Shown here: positions 45,483 to 54,268 of the stretch, piece by piece
Position numbering within the stretch: position 1 is the first letter of the stretch
How the letters are laid out: each line of letters opens with the position of its first letter
Assembly: GCA_963850905.1 (NCBI GenBank)
Contig: CAWKMU010000003.1
Span: forward strand, 704,001 to 768,000
Reading direction: 5' to 3'
Length of the DNA stretch: 64,000 nucleotides
Source of the DNA: an uncultured Gemmatimonadales bacterium
GTDB taxonomy: Bacteria > Gemmatimonadota > Gemmatimonadetes > Gemmatimonadales > Gemmatimonadaceae
Notes under the pieces: generated by a model
Told to the model about the DNA's origin: nothing
The model's input: the letters and a program-made list of their open reading frames with translations, nothing else
Databases searched by the model: none
Translations under genes and position numbers: made by a program

Positions 45483-46585
45483 GCGACTCCCCACTCTCCC
45501 CCTCCGACTCCCCCTCTCCCTCCCTCCCGCGCCGGGACGCTCACGGCCGGGCGCTCCGTCCGGTTCTTCTCGATCGGGCGCTGGAGCTCCTGCCCCTCTT
45601 TCGGCTGAGCGACTCCACGGAAGAGAACGCCGTTACGTACGCCCCACGACCCCCGCATCCGAGGGGGAGCCGGTGGCGGGTGCTGCCCACCCCTGGCGAC
45701 CGCGTGCCAGGCACATTCGACCAGGATGTCTACGTCGAGCTGCTCCACCGGTATTTCGAAGCCGGCTCCCCTGCCAATGGCACCGTGAGCTTCACGCTCC
45801 ACGCGTTCCTGCGCGCCATGGGACGTCGGGTCGATGGCCGAACGTACGGCCAGCTGCGCGGCGCGCTCGCGCGGCTCGAACGAAGCATCCTCGAATCGAC
45901 CGGCGCCTATTTCGCCGCCACCGCCGGCGAACCGCCGCTCACGACGTCGCGGCCCACAGGCCGCTATGTCGATGACCGACTGACCCTGCTCACCGCCGTT
46001 GCCATCGATCGCCGGCGCGCAGTCGACCGCGACCAGCTCGCGCTCTTTGCAACACTGTCGGCCAACGAGCCCGGAGAGGCGCACGTCACCCTGTCGCCTG
46101 CCGTTCGCGCGAATATCGGGGCTGGGTACACCACCACGCTGTCGGCAACGCGGTATTTCGAGTTGCCATCGCCAACGGCACGACGACTCTATCGGCTGAT
46201 CGCCGCGGTGCAAGCCGAAGAGGAGAATGGTCACGGCACCGCCGTCGATGCGCCCGACGAGGCCGCTGACGGCGCCGTCGAACCCGACGCGACCGTGGCA
46301 CGCGCCTCAGCTCACGACGTGGAAAACGGTGCCAGAGCCCGGCAGAGCAGCACAGTGGAAGCCGTTGCCGACCATTCGCCGCACGCGCGACCGACCACTC
46401 GGTTCGTTTGGAACGTTGCGCTCGACGCGTTGGCGGAACAGCTTCCTCTCTCGCAACGGTACCCCTCTCACCTGCAGCGCGTACTCGAACCGGCACATGC
46501 AATGCTGAAAGCAGCCGGCGTTGTACGGGAGGCCGTCATCCGGCAACAAAGACGCGCATGGGTCGTCCACTATGAGCTACCCTGA
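45479..46585 (+). CDS. Replication-initiator-protein-like protein (start uncertain; frame open from 45458)
   Basis: LELLPLFRLS, PGTFDQDVY, GRTYGQLRGALARL and YFELPSPTARRLYRL resemble plasmid Rep winged-helix initiators. Confidence 0.6.
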   Translation: MSDSPLSPSDSPSPSLPRRDAHGRALRPVLLDRALELLPLFRLSDSTEENAVTYAPRPPHPRGSRWRVLPTPGDRVPGTFDQDVYVELLHRYFEAGSPANGTVSFTLHAFLRAMGRRVDGRTYGQLRGALARLERSILESTGAYFAATAGEPPLTTSRPTGRYVDDRLTLLTAVAIDRRRAVDRDQLALFATLSANEPGEAHVTLSPAVRANIGAGYTTTLSATRYFELPSPTARRLYRLIAAVQAEEENGHGTAVDAPDEAADGAVEPDATVARASAHDVENGARARQSSTVEAVADHSPHARPTTRFVWNVALDALAEQLPLSQRYPSHLQRVLEPAHAMLKAAGVVREAVIRQQRRAWVVHYELP

Positions 46586-46788
46586 CCGGAACGGGCGCTT
46601 CGCGCCCGTAGAAAGGAGACGGAGAACGGAGAAAGTAGACAACGACCGGCCTGCCTAGGACCGGCAGGGGCGACACACCGCGTCGCTCTTCCGCACCGTC
46701 CGACAAATGCCTGGGGCTACGCATTCGCCCCAACGACACCATCATCACCTGACGTACAAAACACGACGCCCCCACCCGGTAACAAATC

Positions 46789-46999
46789 ATGGCAACCAAA
46801 CTCGACAAGACGATCAAGCGAGAGCTCGAGATGGACGGACAGCCCTACACGGTCGCCATCTCGCCGGCGGGTATCAAAATCACGCAGAAAGGCTATCGAA
46901 AGGGCCGCGAGAATGACGTGGAAGTCGCTCTGGGCCGGCGGCCAGGAGGAAGGAACGACCTCAGGTGCGGGAACTCCCGGATCGCCTTCGAGTATGTAG
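46789..46999 (+). CDS. Small hypothetical protein, frameshift near 46912
   Basis: MATKLDKTIKRELEMDG...KGRE continues as MTWKSLW...SSM-stop if one A is removed. Confidence 0.7.
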
Positions 47000-47139
47000 A
47001 AGGTAGCCCAGGGGTTGCCGGCCGCGCATGTGACTGCGGCCCGCGCTGTGCGGGTCAAGTCGCGCCGCTGGCAGTCCCTTTTTGTTTGCGCAGCTCCATC
47101 TCGCGCAGGCCGCGTACTGTCACCTTGTCCATACTTCGC

Positions 47140-48750
47140 ATGCCTTCCTTTCGTCGCCCCCGCCTTCGCACTCTGGCACTTGGCTCACTCGTACTCGTAC
47201 CGCTGATCGCGGGTGGGTTCGCGATTCAGTCCCGAGTGGCCGGCGACAGCAGTCTCGTCTTTGAAGAGGTAATGAAACTCGTCAACGAAAAGTTCGTCGA
47301 CACGCTCGACGCGTCGTCGTTGTACGAGAAAGCGGCCCAGGGGCTGGTGCACGAGCTCAATGACCCGTACACGGAGTTGTACACGCCCAAGCGCGCGACT
47401 GAGTTCCAGCGCCGCACCGGCGGCCGCTATGGCGGCATCGGGATGGAGATCGGCGAGCTGGAGGGCGGTATCGCCGTCATCCACGTCTTTCCGCACACGC
47501 CGGCCGAAGAGGCGGGCGTCATGGAGGGCGACCGCATCACCCAGATCGAGTCGGCGTCCACTCGCGGGTGGAAGCTGGGACAGGTCTCTGACTCGCTGCT
47601 CGGCAAGCCGAGCACCAAGGTCACGGTCAAGTTCGAGCGCGCTGGCGTCCCGACCCCGATCGAGTACCGCTTCACCCGCGCGATTATTCACGTCCCTGCG
47701 ATCCCGTTTGCGATCATGCTCGACAACAAGATCGCGTACGTGCCCCTCGGACAGTTCAACGAAGACGCAGCCGAGGATCTCGAGGCGGCGCTGCGCCGGC
47801 TCGTCATGACGGAGGGCGCGAAGGGCGTCATTCTCGATTTGCGCGATGATCCGGGCGGGATTCTCGATCAGGCGTTCGCCGTGAGCAATGTGTTCCTCAA
47901 GGAAGGCAATGAAGTGGTGAGCGTGCGCGGTCGTGGCTCGCCGACCCAAACCTTCGTGACGAAGGACAAGCCGCTGCTCGCATCCACACCGCTGGTCGTG
48001 TTGCAGAATGGTGGCAGTGCGAGCGCCTCGGAGATCGTCGCCGGTGCGCTCCAGGACCACGACCGGGCGCTCATCGTCGGCACGACATCATTCGGGAAGG
48101 GCCTCGTGCAAACCCTCTTCCCGCTCGATGGCGGCTACGCGCTCAAGATGACCACCGCCAAGTGGTACACACCCAGCGGGCGGTCCATCCAGAAGGAGCG
48201 CAAGCTCCTGCCCGACGGCGAGTTCGTCGAGGTGACGCCCGACTCGGCCGAGACGGACTCAGCCCGTAAGGCGCGCCCGGCGTTCAAGTCGGATGCCGGC
48301 CGGACGGTGTACGGTGGTGGCGCCATCACGCCCGACGTCGTCGTGAAGCCCGATACCTTCACGACCCAGGAGCAGGCGTTCAACAAGATCATCGCCGCCA
48401 AGTCGCCGGAAGTGTACCAGGCGCTGGCGAGCCTTGCCCTGGATCTCAAGACCAAGGTCAAGTCGCCGTCGTTTACCATCCAGCCAGAGTGGCGCGACGA
48501 CTTCTTCAAACGGCTGACAACGGCCAAGGTCAACGTGAGCCGCCAGCAGTACGACTCGGTTTCCGGCTACGTCGACCGTCTGATCGGTGCGCGCGTGGCC
48601 CGGACCGCCTTCGGCGACTCCGCTGAGAAGCGGCGCGACATGGACCTGGACGTACAGCTGCGCAAGGCGGTCGAGCTTATGCAACACGCGCAGTCCGAAA
48701 AGGACCTCTTCACCGAAGCCCAGCAGGTGTACAGCGCGAAGACCAACTGA
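47140..48750 (+). CDS. S41 carboxyl-terminal processing protease (CtpA/Prc family)
   Basis: PDZ region (GGIGM), LDLRDDPGG, SASASEIVAGALQD and FGKGLVQ. Confidence 0.95.
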   Translation: MPSFRRPRLRTLALGSLVLVPLIAGGFAIQSRVAGDSSLVFEEVMKLVNEKFVDTLDASSLYEKAAQGLVHELNDPYTELYTPKRATEFQRRTGGRYGGIGMEIGELEGGIAVIHVFPHTPAEEAGVMEGDRITQIESASTRGWKLGQVSDSLLGKPSTKVTVKFERAGVPTPIEYRFTRAIIHVPAIPFAIMLDNKIAYVPLGQFNEDAAEDLEAALRRLVMTEGAKGVILDLRDDPGGILDQAFAVSNVFLKEGNEVVSVRGRGSPTQTFVTKDKPLLASTPLVVLQNGGSASASEIVAGALQDHDRALIVGTTSFGKGLVQTLFPLDGGYALKMTTAKWYTPSGRSIQKERKLLPDGEFVEVTPDSAETDSARKARPAFKSDAGRTVYGGGAITPDVVVKPDTFTTQEQAFNKIIAAKSPEVYQALASLALDLKTKVKSPSFTIQPEWRDDFFKRLTTAKVNVSRQQYDSVSGYVDRLIGARVARTAFGDSAEKRRDMDLDVQLRKAVELMQHAQSEKDLFTEAQQVYSAKTN

Positions 48751-48751
48751 G

Positions 48752-48865
48752 GAGGGTGACGGGTGAAGGGTGACGGGTAACGGGTAACTGCAACAACAGA
48801 GAGGGCCAGTCGCGGTGCGCTGCGACTGGCCCTCTGCGTTTTCACCCGTCACCGTTACCCGTCAC
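48752..48865. repeat. REP-less modular element with GGGTGAC/GGGTAAC heptamers
   Basis: Array 48752-48788; hairpin GAGGGCCAGTCGC-GGTGCGCT-GCGACTGGCCCTC at 48801-48834; inverse array 48842-48865. Confidence 0.9.
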
Positions 48866-48909
48866 TTTGTCTTTCCGCTAGCTTCCTACCCAATCTCTCC
48901 CCCACTGCC

Positions 48910-50010
48910 ATGGCCGGTCTCATTGTTCTCCTCATCCTGATCGTCGCGGGGCTGTACACCCTCTCGAGCGCGATCAAGATCGTCGGGCAAGCCGAGGTGA
49001 TGGTCATTGAACGACTCGGCCGCTTCAATCGAGTCGCGCGCTCGGGGCTCAACATCCTGCTGCCGTTCGTCGATCGCCCCCGCACCATCGACGTGCGGAT
49101 GTTCGACACCGACGTCAACGGAGTGAAGCGTGTCACAGCGGGATCGACGTCACGCATCGACCTGCGGGAACAGGTCCTGAGTTTCCCCAGCCAGTCGGTG
49201 ATCACGAAGGACAACGTGACGATCGACATCGATGCGGTGATCTACTACCGCGTGTCGGATCCGCAGAAGGCGACGTACGCAGTGCAGAATCTCCCCTTTG
49301 CGCTCGAGACGCTGACGCGCACCACGTTGCGCAACATCGTCGGCGAGATGGAGCTCGATCAAACACTCGTCTCGCGCGACACGATCAACAAGCGGATGCG
49401 CGATGTCATCGAAGAGGCATCGATTGGATGGGGCGTCGACGTGACACGCGTGGAGCTGCAGTCGATCGAGCCGCCGCGCGAGATCCAGCAGTCGATGGAG
49501 CTCCAGATGCGCGCGGAACGCGAGCGGCGCGCCGCCGTGACGCAGGCGGAGGCGGGCAAACGCGCCGCGATCCTGGAGGCCGAGGGCGTTCGAGAATCGG
49601 CCGTGCTGCGCGCGCAGGGCATGGCCGAAGGGCGACTGGCCATGGCGCAGGCCGAAGCTGAGACGATTGGCCGGATCGCGGCGGCGCTTCCGGCCGGACA
49701 GGCAACAGAGGCGGCCGCGTACCTCCTGGCCTTGCGCTATTTCGAGGCCCTTCCCGCGGTCGCTCAGGGTCCGGCGACGACCCTTTTCCTGCCGGCGGAA
49801 GCATCTGGTGTCCTGGGTGCGCTCGGCAGCCTACGCTCGCTCCTCAAGGACAGCGCCGGCCCCAAACGCGACGCGCCGCGCGGCCTCTCGAACCAACAGC
49901 GGCCCGCTCCGGGCTCTCAGACCGGTTCGGCACCCCTGGGCACGAGCACCCGCCCGAAAGGGGCGATCGGATCCGGCTCCGATCGGTCGTCCGGAGAAGG
50001 CGGCACTTGA
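48910..50010 (+). CDS. SPFH/band 7 (stomatin-like, QmcA-type) protein
   Basis: VIERLGRF, ITKDNV, TTLRNIVG, WGVDVTRVE and QMRAERERRA. Confidence 0.93.
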   Translation: MAGLIVLLILIVAGLYTLSSAIKIVGQAEVMVIERLGRFNRVARSGLNILLPFVDRPRTIDVRMFDTDVNGVKRVTAGSTSRIDLREQVLSFPSQSVITKDNVTIDIDAVIYYRVSDPQKATYAVQNLPFALETLTRTTLRNIVGEMELDQTLVSRDTINKRMRDVIEEASIGWGVDVTRVELQSIEPPREIQQSMELQMRAERERRAAVTQAEAGKRAAILEAEGVRESAVLRAQGMAEGRLAMAQAEAETIGRIAAALPAGQATEAAAYLLALRYFEALPAVAQGPATTLFLPAEASGVLGALGSLRSLLKDSAGPKRDAPRGLSNQQRPAPGSQTGSAPLGTSTRPKGAIGSGSDRSSGEGGT

Positions 50011-50239
50011 AAGGATCGCCGCGACCGGTCACGAAGGACCGCGCCGAGCGCATCGCGCGCGCCCACGCGTGTGAGAACTGCGGCGAGTACAACTACAAAC
50101 GTTTAACGATCAAGCCCGCCAGCACCGACCAGCGCACCGAGTTCGGCGAGCGCTGGCACGTGACGAAGGTGTGCGGCGTCTGCGGCCAGGAGCACGAATG
50201 GGCATAGATGCCGAGGGCGAGATCGTGTATGTGGCGTGA
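50007..50239 (+). CDS. Small zinc-ribbon protein, probable frameshift near 50197
   Basis: CENC and CGVC; adding one base gives the C-terminus MGIDAEGEIVYVA-stop. Confidence 0.65.
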
Positions 50240-50287
50240 GCCCATGTGGTTACACGCTGTAGGCTAAGCGCGGCTTAGGGGTCGGAC

Positions 50288-50420
50288 CTCAAACGGCGGG
50301 GTCGGGGGTCAGGGACGAGGGGTCAGGGAACGGCAACCAACACCGTCAGCCAGATCACTGCACGCCGCGGCTGGCCGTGGCAATTTGTTCCCCTAACCCT
50401 GACCCCTATCCCTGTCCCTG
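50288..50420. repeat. Degenerate REP-less modular element
   Basis: CTCAAACGGCGGGG start, GGGGTCA-type array, decayed hairpin near 50347-50376, inverse array. Confidence 0.75.
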
Positions 50421-50582
50421 AAACATCCAGGCTCGGGCACGGTATAACCCATTGGCCGCACTCTCCCGAGGCCCTTCGGGGCCTGTTGGAGGCCGCCTGG
50501 GCAAGTCGGCGACGGGCCGAGTTACGTTTCGGTGCAACCGGTGCGCAAGCCCTTCGCGCCTGGGAGCACACTTGGAGGACAC

Positions 50583-50792
50583 ATGCGCAAGCCACGTCCG
50601 AATACATACAATCCCGCCCAGGCTCTGCATCTCATCGCCAGTGACCGCACGGGGTCGCCGCTGAGCTGTCCGTCGTGCTCCGGGCCAATCGAGCGCGATC
50701 CCAACCGTGTGCCGCCTCCGCCGAAGTGCCACGTGACGCTGCGTTGCACGCGCTGCGGTCGCTTCGCACGCTATATCGCGGGAGCCGCGTAG
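50583..50792 (+). CDS. Small zinc-finger protein
   Basis: GGAGG RBS; CPSC and CTRC. Confidence 0.7.
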   Translation: MRKPRPNTYNPAQALHLIASDRTGSPLSCPSCSGPIERDPNRVPPPPKCHVTLRCTRCGRFARYIAGAA

Positions 50793-50866
50793 CGCACGCT
50801 TCCGGACATGCGGAGCGCCACGCGCGCGCGCCGTCCTCCAATGTGCACGCAGAATGTACACATACA

Positions 50867-50938
50867 GAACAACACAGAGGGCCAGTCGCGACCGACCGCG
50901 ACTGGCCCTCCGTGTTGTTGCAGTACCCGTCACCCCGC
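50867..50938. repeat. 8-nt-loop hairpin family member
   Basis: GAGGGCCAGTCGC-GACCGACC-GCGACTGGCCCTC at 50877-50910 with AACAACAC/GTGTTGTT extension. Confidence 0.85.
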
Positions 50939-51174
50939 CGCTCGCTTTGCCAGCGAGCCGTAGCACATTCACTCCGATGCGCATCGCCTCGCGAGCATGG
51001 CCGAGTCCGCCGCGATCTGCGTTCTACTCTCTGAGTCTCTACCTGCTCCGGCGCGTGGCACTGGTGCCGTGCACAGAATTTGCGGGCCTGCAGCACAGCT
51101 TCTGTACAGTTGCCGCTCGGCCCCGTTTATCTTGCCATCCCTGTAGTTCGTTGAGTGAGTTGTTGTTCGTTTTA

Positions 51175-51198
51175 GTAGGGGCGACGCATGCGTCGCCC
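51175..51198 (+). repeat. Solo REP upstream of the cold-shock gene
   Basis: GTAGGGGCGACGCATGCGTCGCCC. Confidence 0.9.
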
Positions 51199-51251
51199 GC
51201 TTAGTTCGCGAAGCATCACAGTTAGCCCCGGTCGGGGGAGAGGGCGTTGCA

Positions 51252-51461
51252 ATGGCACGGCTACAAGGCACCGTGAAGTGGTTCAATGATGCGAAGGGCT
51301 ATGGATTCATCTCCCGCGAGGGCGGACCGGATGTCTTCGTGCACTTCAGTGCAATCCAAGGCAGCGGGTTCAAGTCGCTTGCCGAGGGTGACCGCGTCGA
51401 ATTCGAAATCGTTCAGGGCCAGAAGGGCCCACAAGCGTCCGACGTGACGAAGCAAGGGTAA
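51252..51461 (+). CDS. cspA: Cold-shock protein
   Basis: [24 protein letters not shown] and KGPQA. Confidence 0.95.
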   Translation: MARLQGTVKWFNDAKGYGFISREGGPDVFVHFSAIQGSGFKSLAEGDRVEFEIVQGQKGPQASDVTKQG

Positions 51462-51495
51462 ACGAGGCCGCAAGCATCAACACGACAAAGAAACA

Positions 51496-51540
51496 CCGAG
51501 GGCTAGTGACAGCACTGCGTCACTAGCCCTCGACTTTTCC
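51496..51540 (+). terminator. Hairpin between convergent genes (8-nt-loop family), probable terminator
   Basis: GAGGGCTAGTGAC-AGCACTGC-GTCACTAGCCCTC at 51498-51531 followed by GACTTTT. Confidence 0.65.
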
Positions 51541-51564
51541 TATATCGGCTCGTTCGCTATCAAG

Positions 51565-51957
51565 TCACGCCGCGACGCAGGACTTCCCGGTCACGAGCGG
51601 CAACTCGATTTGCGAACGTTGTCCGTCACGCGCGATGCCGCGGACATCGTCCGCCGGACGGCGAAGCGTGTCCATATCGAGGGCCGCCATGTGCGCGTCC
51701 GCATCGGCCTCGCCCGACTCTCCGCCCGCTGGGTCCGGGCCCGCCTCGCTCTCCCCCAGCTGCAGCGTCTGGTGGTAGAAGCGCAGCGCCTGAATGGGTG
51801 CTCGGAGACTCGACGGACTCGCTCGACTGATCGCGATCGCCTCCTCGCGCACCTGACGCGGGAGTGAGCGAGCGAGTGGATGCGCCAACAGCCGGTGGAT
51901 CGCAATCGCGTCGTGGGCGAGCAACGCCGTGCACAACTCCTCGAGATATGCCAGCAT
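51565..51957 (-). CDS. Hypothetical protein
   Basis: GGAGG upstream of ATG; helical N-terminal domain. Confidence 0.65.
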   Translation of the reverse strand: MLAYLEELCTALLAHDAIAIHRLLAHPLARSLPRQVREEAIAISRASPSSLRAPIQALRFYHQTLQLGESEAGPDPAGGESGEADADAHMAALDMDTLRRPADDVRGIARDGQRSQIELPLVTGKSCVAA

Positions 51958-52104
51958 GCGACGCCTCCACCGGGCTTATGAGTACACCTTGCAGCTTCAA
52001 GCCGCCGACCCGCAAGTCTACGCGGGTAGCGAGACAGGGACGTTACAGGGCTCGGTCGAGTCACGCCGTTCCCCGCGGACTGTGATCGATTGGACACGGC
52101 GAAA

Positions 52105-52800
52105 CTACAGCAGGGTTCGTTCCCCCCCAAACACCCTACGTCTACGCCCGTATCTTCGTTTAGGCGCGTACCGGAATAATTGGGCCGGCCGGCCGCGCCC
52201 ATCCCGACGCCATTCGTCAGTCCCTTCGACCATCGCGGCCGACTCGAGAGACCGCCGAAAACTGGCCTTGTGCAGCTTCTGCCCCAGCAGGATCTCGTAG
52301 ATCCGCTGGAGCTCGCTCAGTGTAAACGTACTCGGCAGCATGCGAAATGCGACGGGGGTGTAGTCGACGCGCTCCCGCACAACTGTCAGTGCGGCCGCTA
52401 CAATCGCGCGCTGCCGCGGCGCGAGCGGCGGAAGCTCCGCCACCGGAAACCACACCGCGTCACCCCCAGCCGACGACAACGTCCCCACCGGTACCGCGCC
52501 GACGAACGCAACCGACAAGTCGACTTCCGACGGGTGGCGCCGACCATCGGCAAACGCCCCGACCTGCTCGAGCCACAACGGCGCCGCCGGCAACGCCGAC
52601 CGCGCCACCCGCAACGCCACGTCATCGAGCGTCACCTCCGACGCCCGCGCCACACTCCACGGCATCGCCCAGCGCTCCAGAGCCCCCTCAGGCGAGCGCT
52701 GAAGCAACACCGCCAGATGCCGGTCAAGCGGAGTCAGCAGTACGACATCGACGGAATAACCGGAGCGGCGCGGCGCCGCCGACGCGACGCGATCGGGCAC
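52105..52800 (-). CDS. NrtR-family Nudix-related transcriptional regulator
   Basis: SVDVVLLT, LEQVGAF, FTLSELQRIYEILLG, SFRR and GRPAQLFR. Confidence 0.88.
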   Translation of the reverse strand: MPDRVASAAPRRSGYSVDVVLLTPLDRHLAVLLQRSPEGALERWAMPWSVARASEVTLDDVALRVARSALPAAPLWLEQVGAFADGRRHPSEVDLSVAFVGAVPVGTLSSAGGDAVWFPVAELPPLAPRQRAIVAAALTVVRERVDYTPVAFRMLPSTFTLSELQRIYEILLGQKLHKASFRRSLESAAMVEGTDEWRRDGRGRPAQLFRYAPKRRYGRRRRVFGGERTLL

Positions 52801-52843
52801 GTGGGGCAGTTAGTGGCAGAGCGAGACTAAAGTCAAGGTGGGC

Positions 52844-53068
52844 CTGAACTGCGGGGTCAGGGGAACGACGGCTGCGACCGCAAGAAAAGGGCGGCCTGAA
52901 GGCCGCCCCTACATGTTGCTGCACACGGTGCTGGTTTCGAACTCGTCGACATGCTCATCGATCGTCGGGGACGCTCCGAAAGGTGACCATTCACGCCGAC
53001 ATGTAGGGGCGGGCTTCAGCCCGCCCGTCCTTTTAGCCGTTTGCCGATGCCGTGCCCCCGATCCCCTA
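52844..53068. repeat. Modular element carrying an inverted pair of a second GTAG-REP family
   Basis: CTGAACTGCGGGGTCAGGG start; REP2 at 52889-52912 (-) and 53003-53026 (+). Confidence 0.85.
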
Positions 53069-53344
53069 GCTCTTCATCCTCGACTGCCACCGCTTCAGGT
53101 ACTTCGCGACCTCTACGTTGTTCGTCGCGATCTCCACGAGCACCGCCAGCGCGCGCTGCGGGTCCCGGTCAATCGCCTCGGCGACAATGGGCGGCGCGTG
53201 ACCAATGCGCCGCACCGGATCGGCCCGGCGCTCCACGAGCAGCGAGGCGCGCACCTCGGCGTCATCCGAATCGGACGTCGATTCGATGGCGACATAGCCA
53301 CCGCCTGGCAGCGGACGCCGATATAGCGGTCGAGGGACTCTCAT
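53066..53344 (-). CDS. Hypothetical protein
   Basis: Compact ORF directly downstream of the NlpC/P60 gene. Confidence 0.65.
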   Translation of the reverse strand: MRVPRPLYRRPLPGGGYVAIESTSDSDDAEVRASLLVERRADPVRRIGHAPPIVAEAIDRDPQRALAVLVEIATNNVEVAKYLKRWQSRMKS

Positions 53345-53348
53345 CGGG

Positions 53349-53972
53349 TCACCATTGGGCGTTCGGGCCAGCAATGAAGGAGAAGGTTGGCTCAGCCCCT
53401 GGCAGGTAAGCCACCCCCTGCGCGGGCAGCACACGCCGCACCGCGATGAGCCGCTGATTGAACCACGTGCGATGCCCGCGCGGGCCGCCGGTCAGCCGAT
53501 CGATCCGCACGTGATGGTTGGTGCTCGAGGCATGAATGATCGAGTCGCCGCCCATGTAGATCGCAATGTGCTGCGCACCATGTCCGCCCCAGAAGAAGAG
53601 CAGATCCCCCTGCTCGAGCGAGTCGCCAGGAAGTGGCGCCTCGCCCATCGCCGCCTGCTCGTGCGCTGTACGAGGAAGAACCACGCCATGAAGGGCAAAC
53701 ACATACCGGACAAACCCTGAACAGTCGAACGCGCGCGGTGTCGTACCGCCCAACCGATACGGAGCGCCGAGGAACTGGCGCGCACTCCGGACAATGTCAG
53801 GGCCCTCCACCACCGCCCGCGTCGCCGCCACATGCAATGCAGGGGCGTGCGCAGCCGCGGCGACAGACGCGCTGCCGTCCCGCCGTCCCTGCGCGCTCGC
53901 AGTGCTCCCAGTCCCGGCCAGCACACCCGCGAGCAGCCCCAATGCACCCGCACGTACGAGGATGGAGTACAT
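53349..53972 (-). CDS. NlpC/P60 (C40) peptidase
   Basis: GAPYRLGG, FDCSGFV, GDLLFF, HIAIY and IHAS. Confidence 0.95.
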   Translation of the reverse strand: MYSILVRAGALGLLAGVLAGTGSTASAQGRRDGSASVAAAAHAPALHVAATRAVVEGPDIVRSARQFLGAPYRLGGTTPRAFDCSGFVRYVFALHGVVLPRTAHEQAAMGEAPLPGDSLEQGDLLFFWGGHGAQHIAIYMGGDSIIHASSTNHHVRIDRLTGGPRGHRTWFNQRLIAVRRVLPAQGVAYLPGAEPTFSFIAGPNAQW

Positions 53973-54011
53973 CTGGAGAAGGACGAGTTACGGGGCCGGG
54001 GGTAACGGAGG

Positions 54012-54268
54012 GCTAAACGGAGGGGTCAAGGACCAGGGGCCTGGGGTCAGGGACCAGGGCTCAGGGGTCAGGGGAACTCGAAAAGCCGGCCACGTCGCAC
54101 TGTGACCGGCCTCGGACCGGTAGGGGCGACACATTGCGTCGCCCGCCGTAAGGGCCCGGCCAACGAAACCGGCCAAGGACCGGTAGGGGCGACGCGTTGC
54201 GTCGCCCGTCGTTGTCGTCGCGGTTGTTGTTCCCTGGCCCCTGACCCCTGAACCCCGACCCCTGACCT
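54012..54268 (+). repeat. Modular element with two tandem REPs
   Basis: Heptamer array 54021-54074, hairpin 54084-54111, REPs at 54120-54144 and 54183-54207, inverse array. Confidence 0.9.

Noticed and set aside
46789..48750. 653-aa ORF as a novel N-terminally extended S41 protease
   Set aside because: A one-base frameshift near 46912 fuses a separate small gene to the protease, whose signal-anchor start is at 47140.
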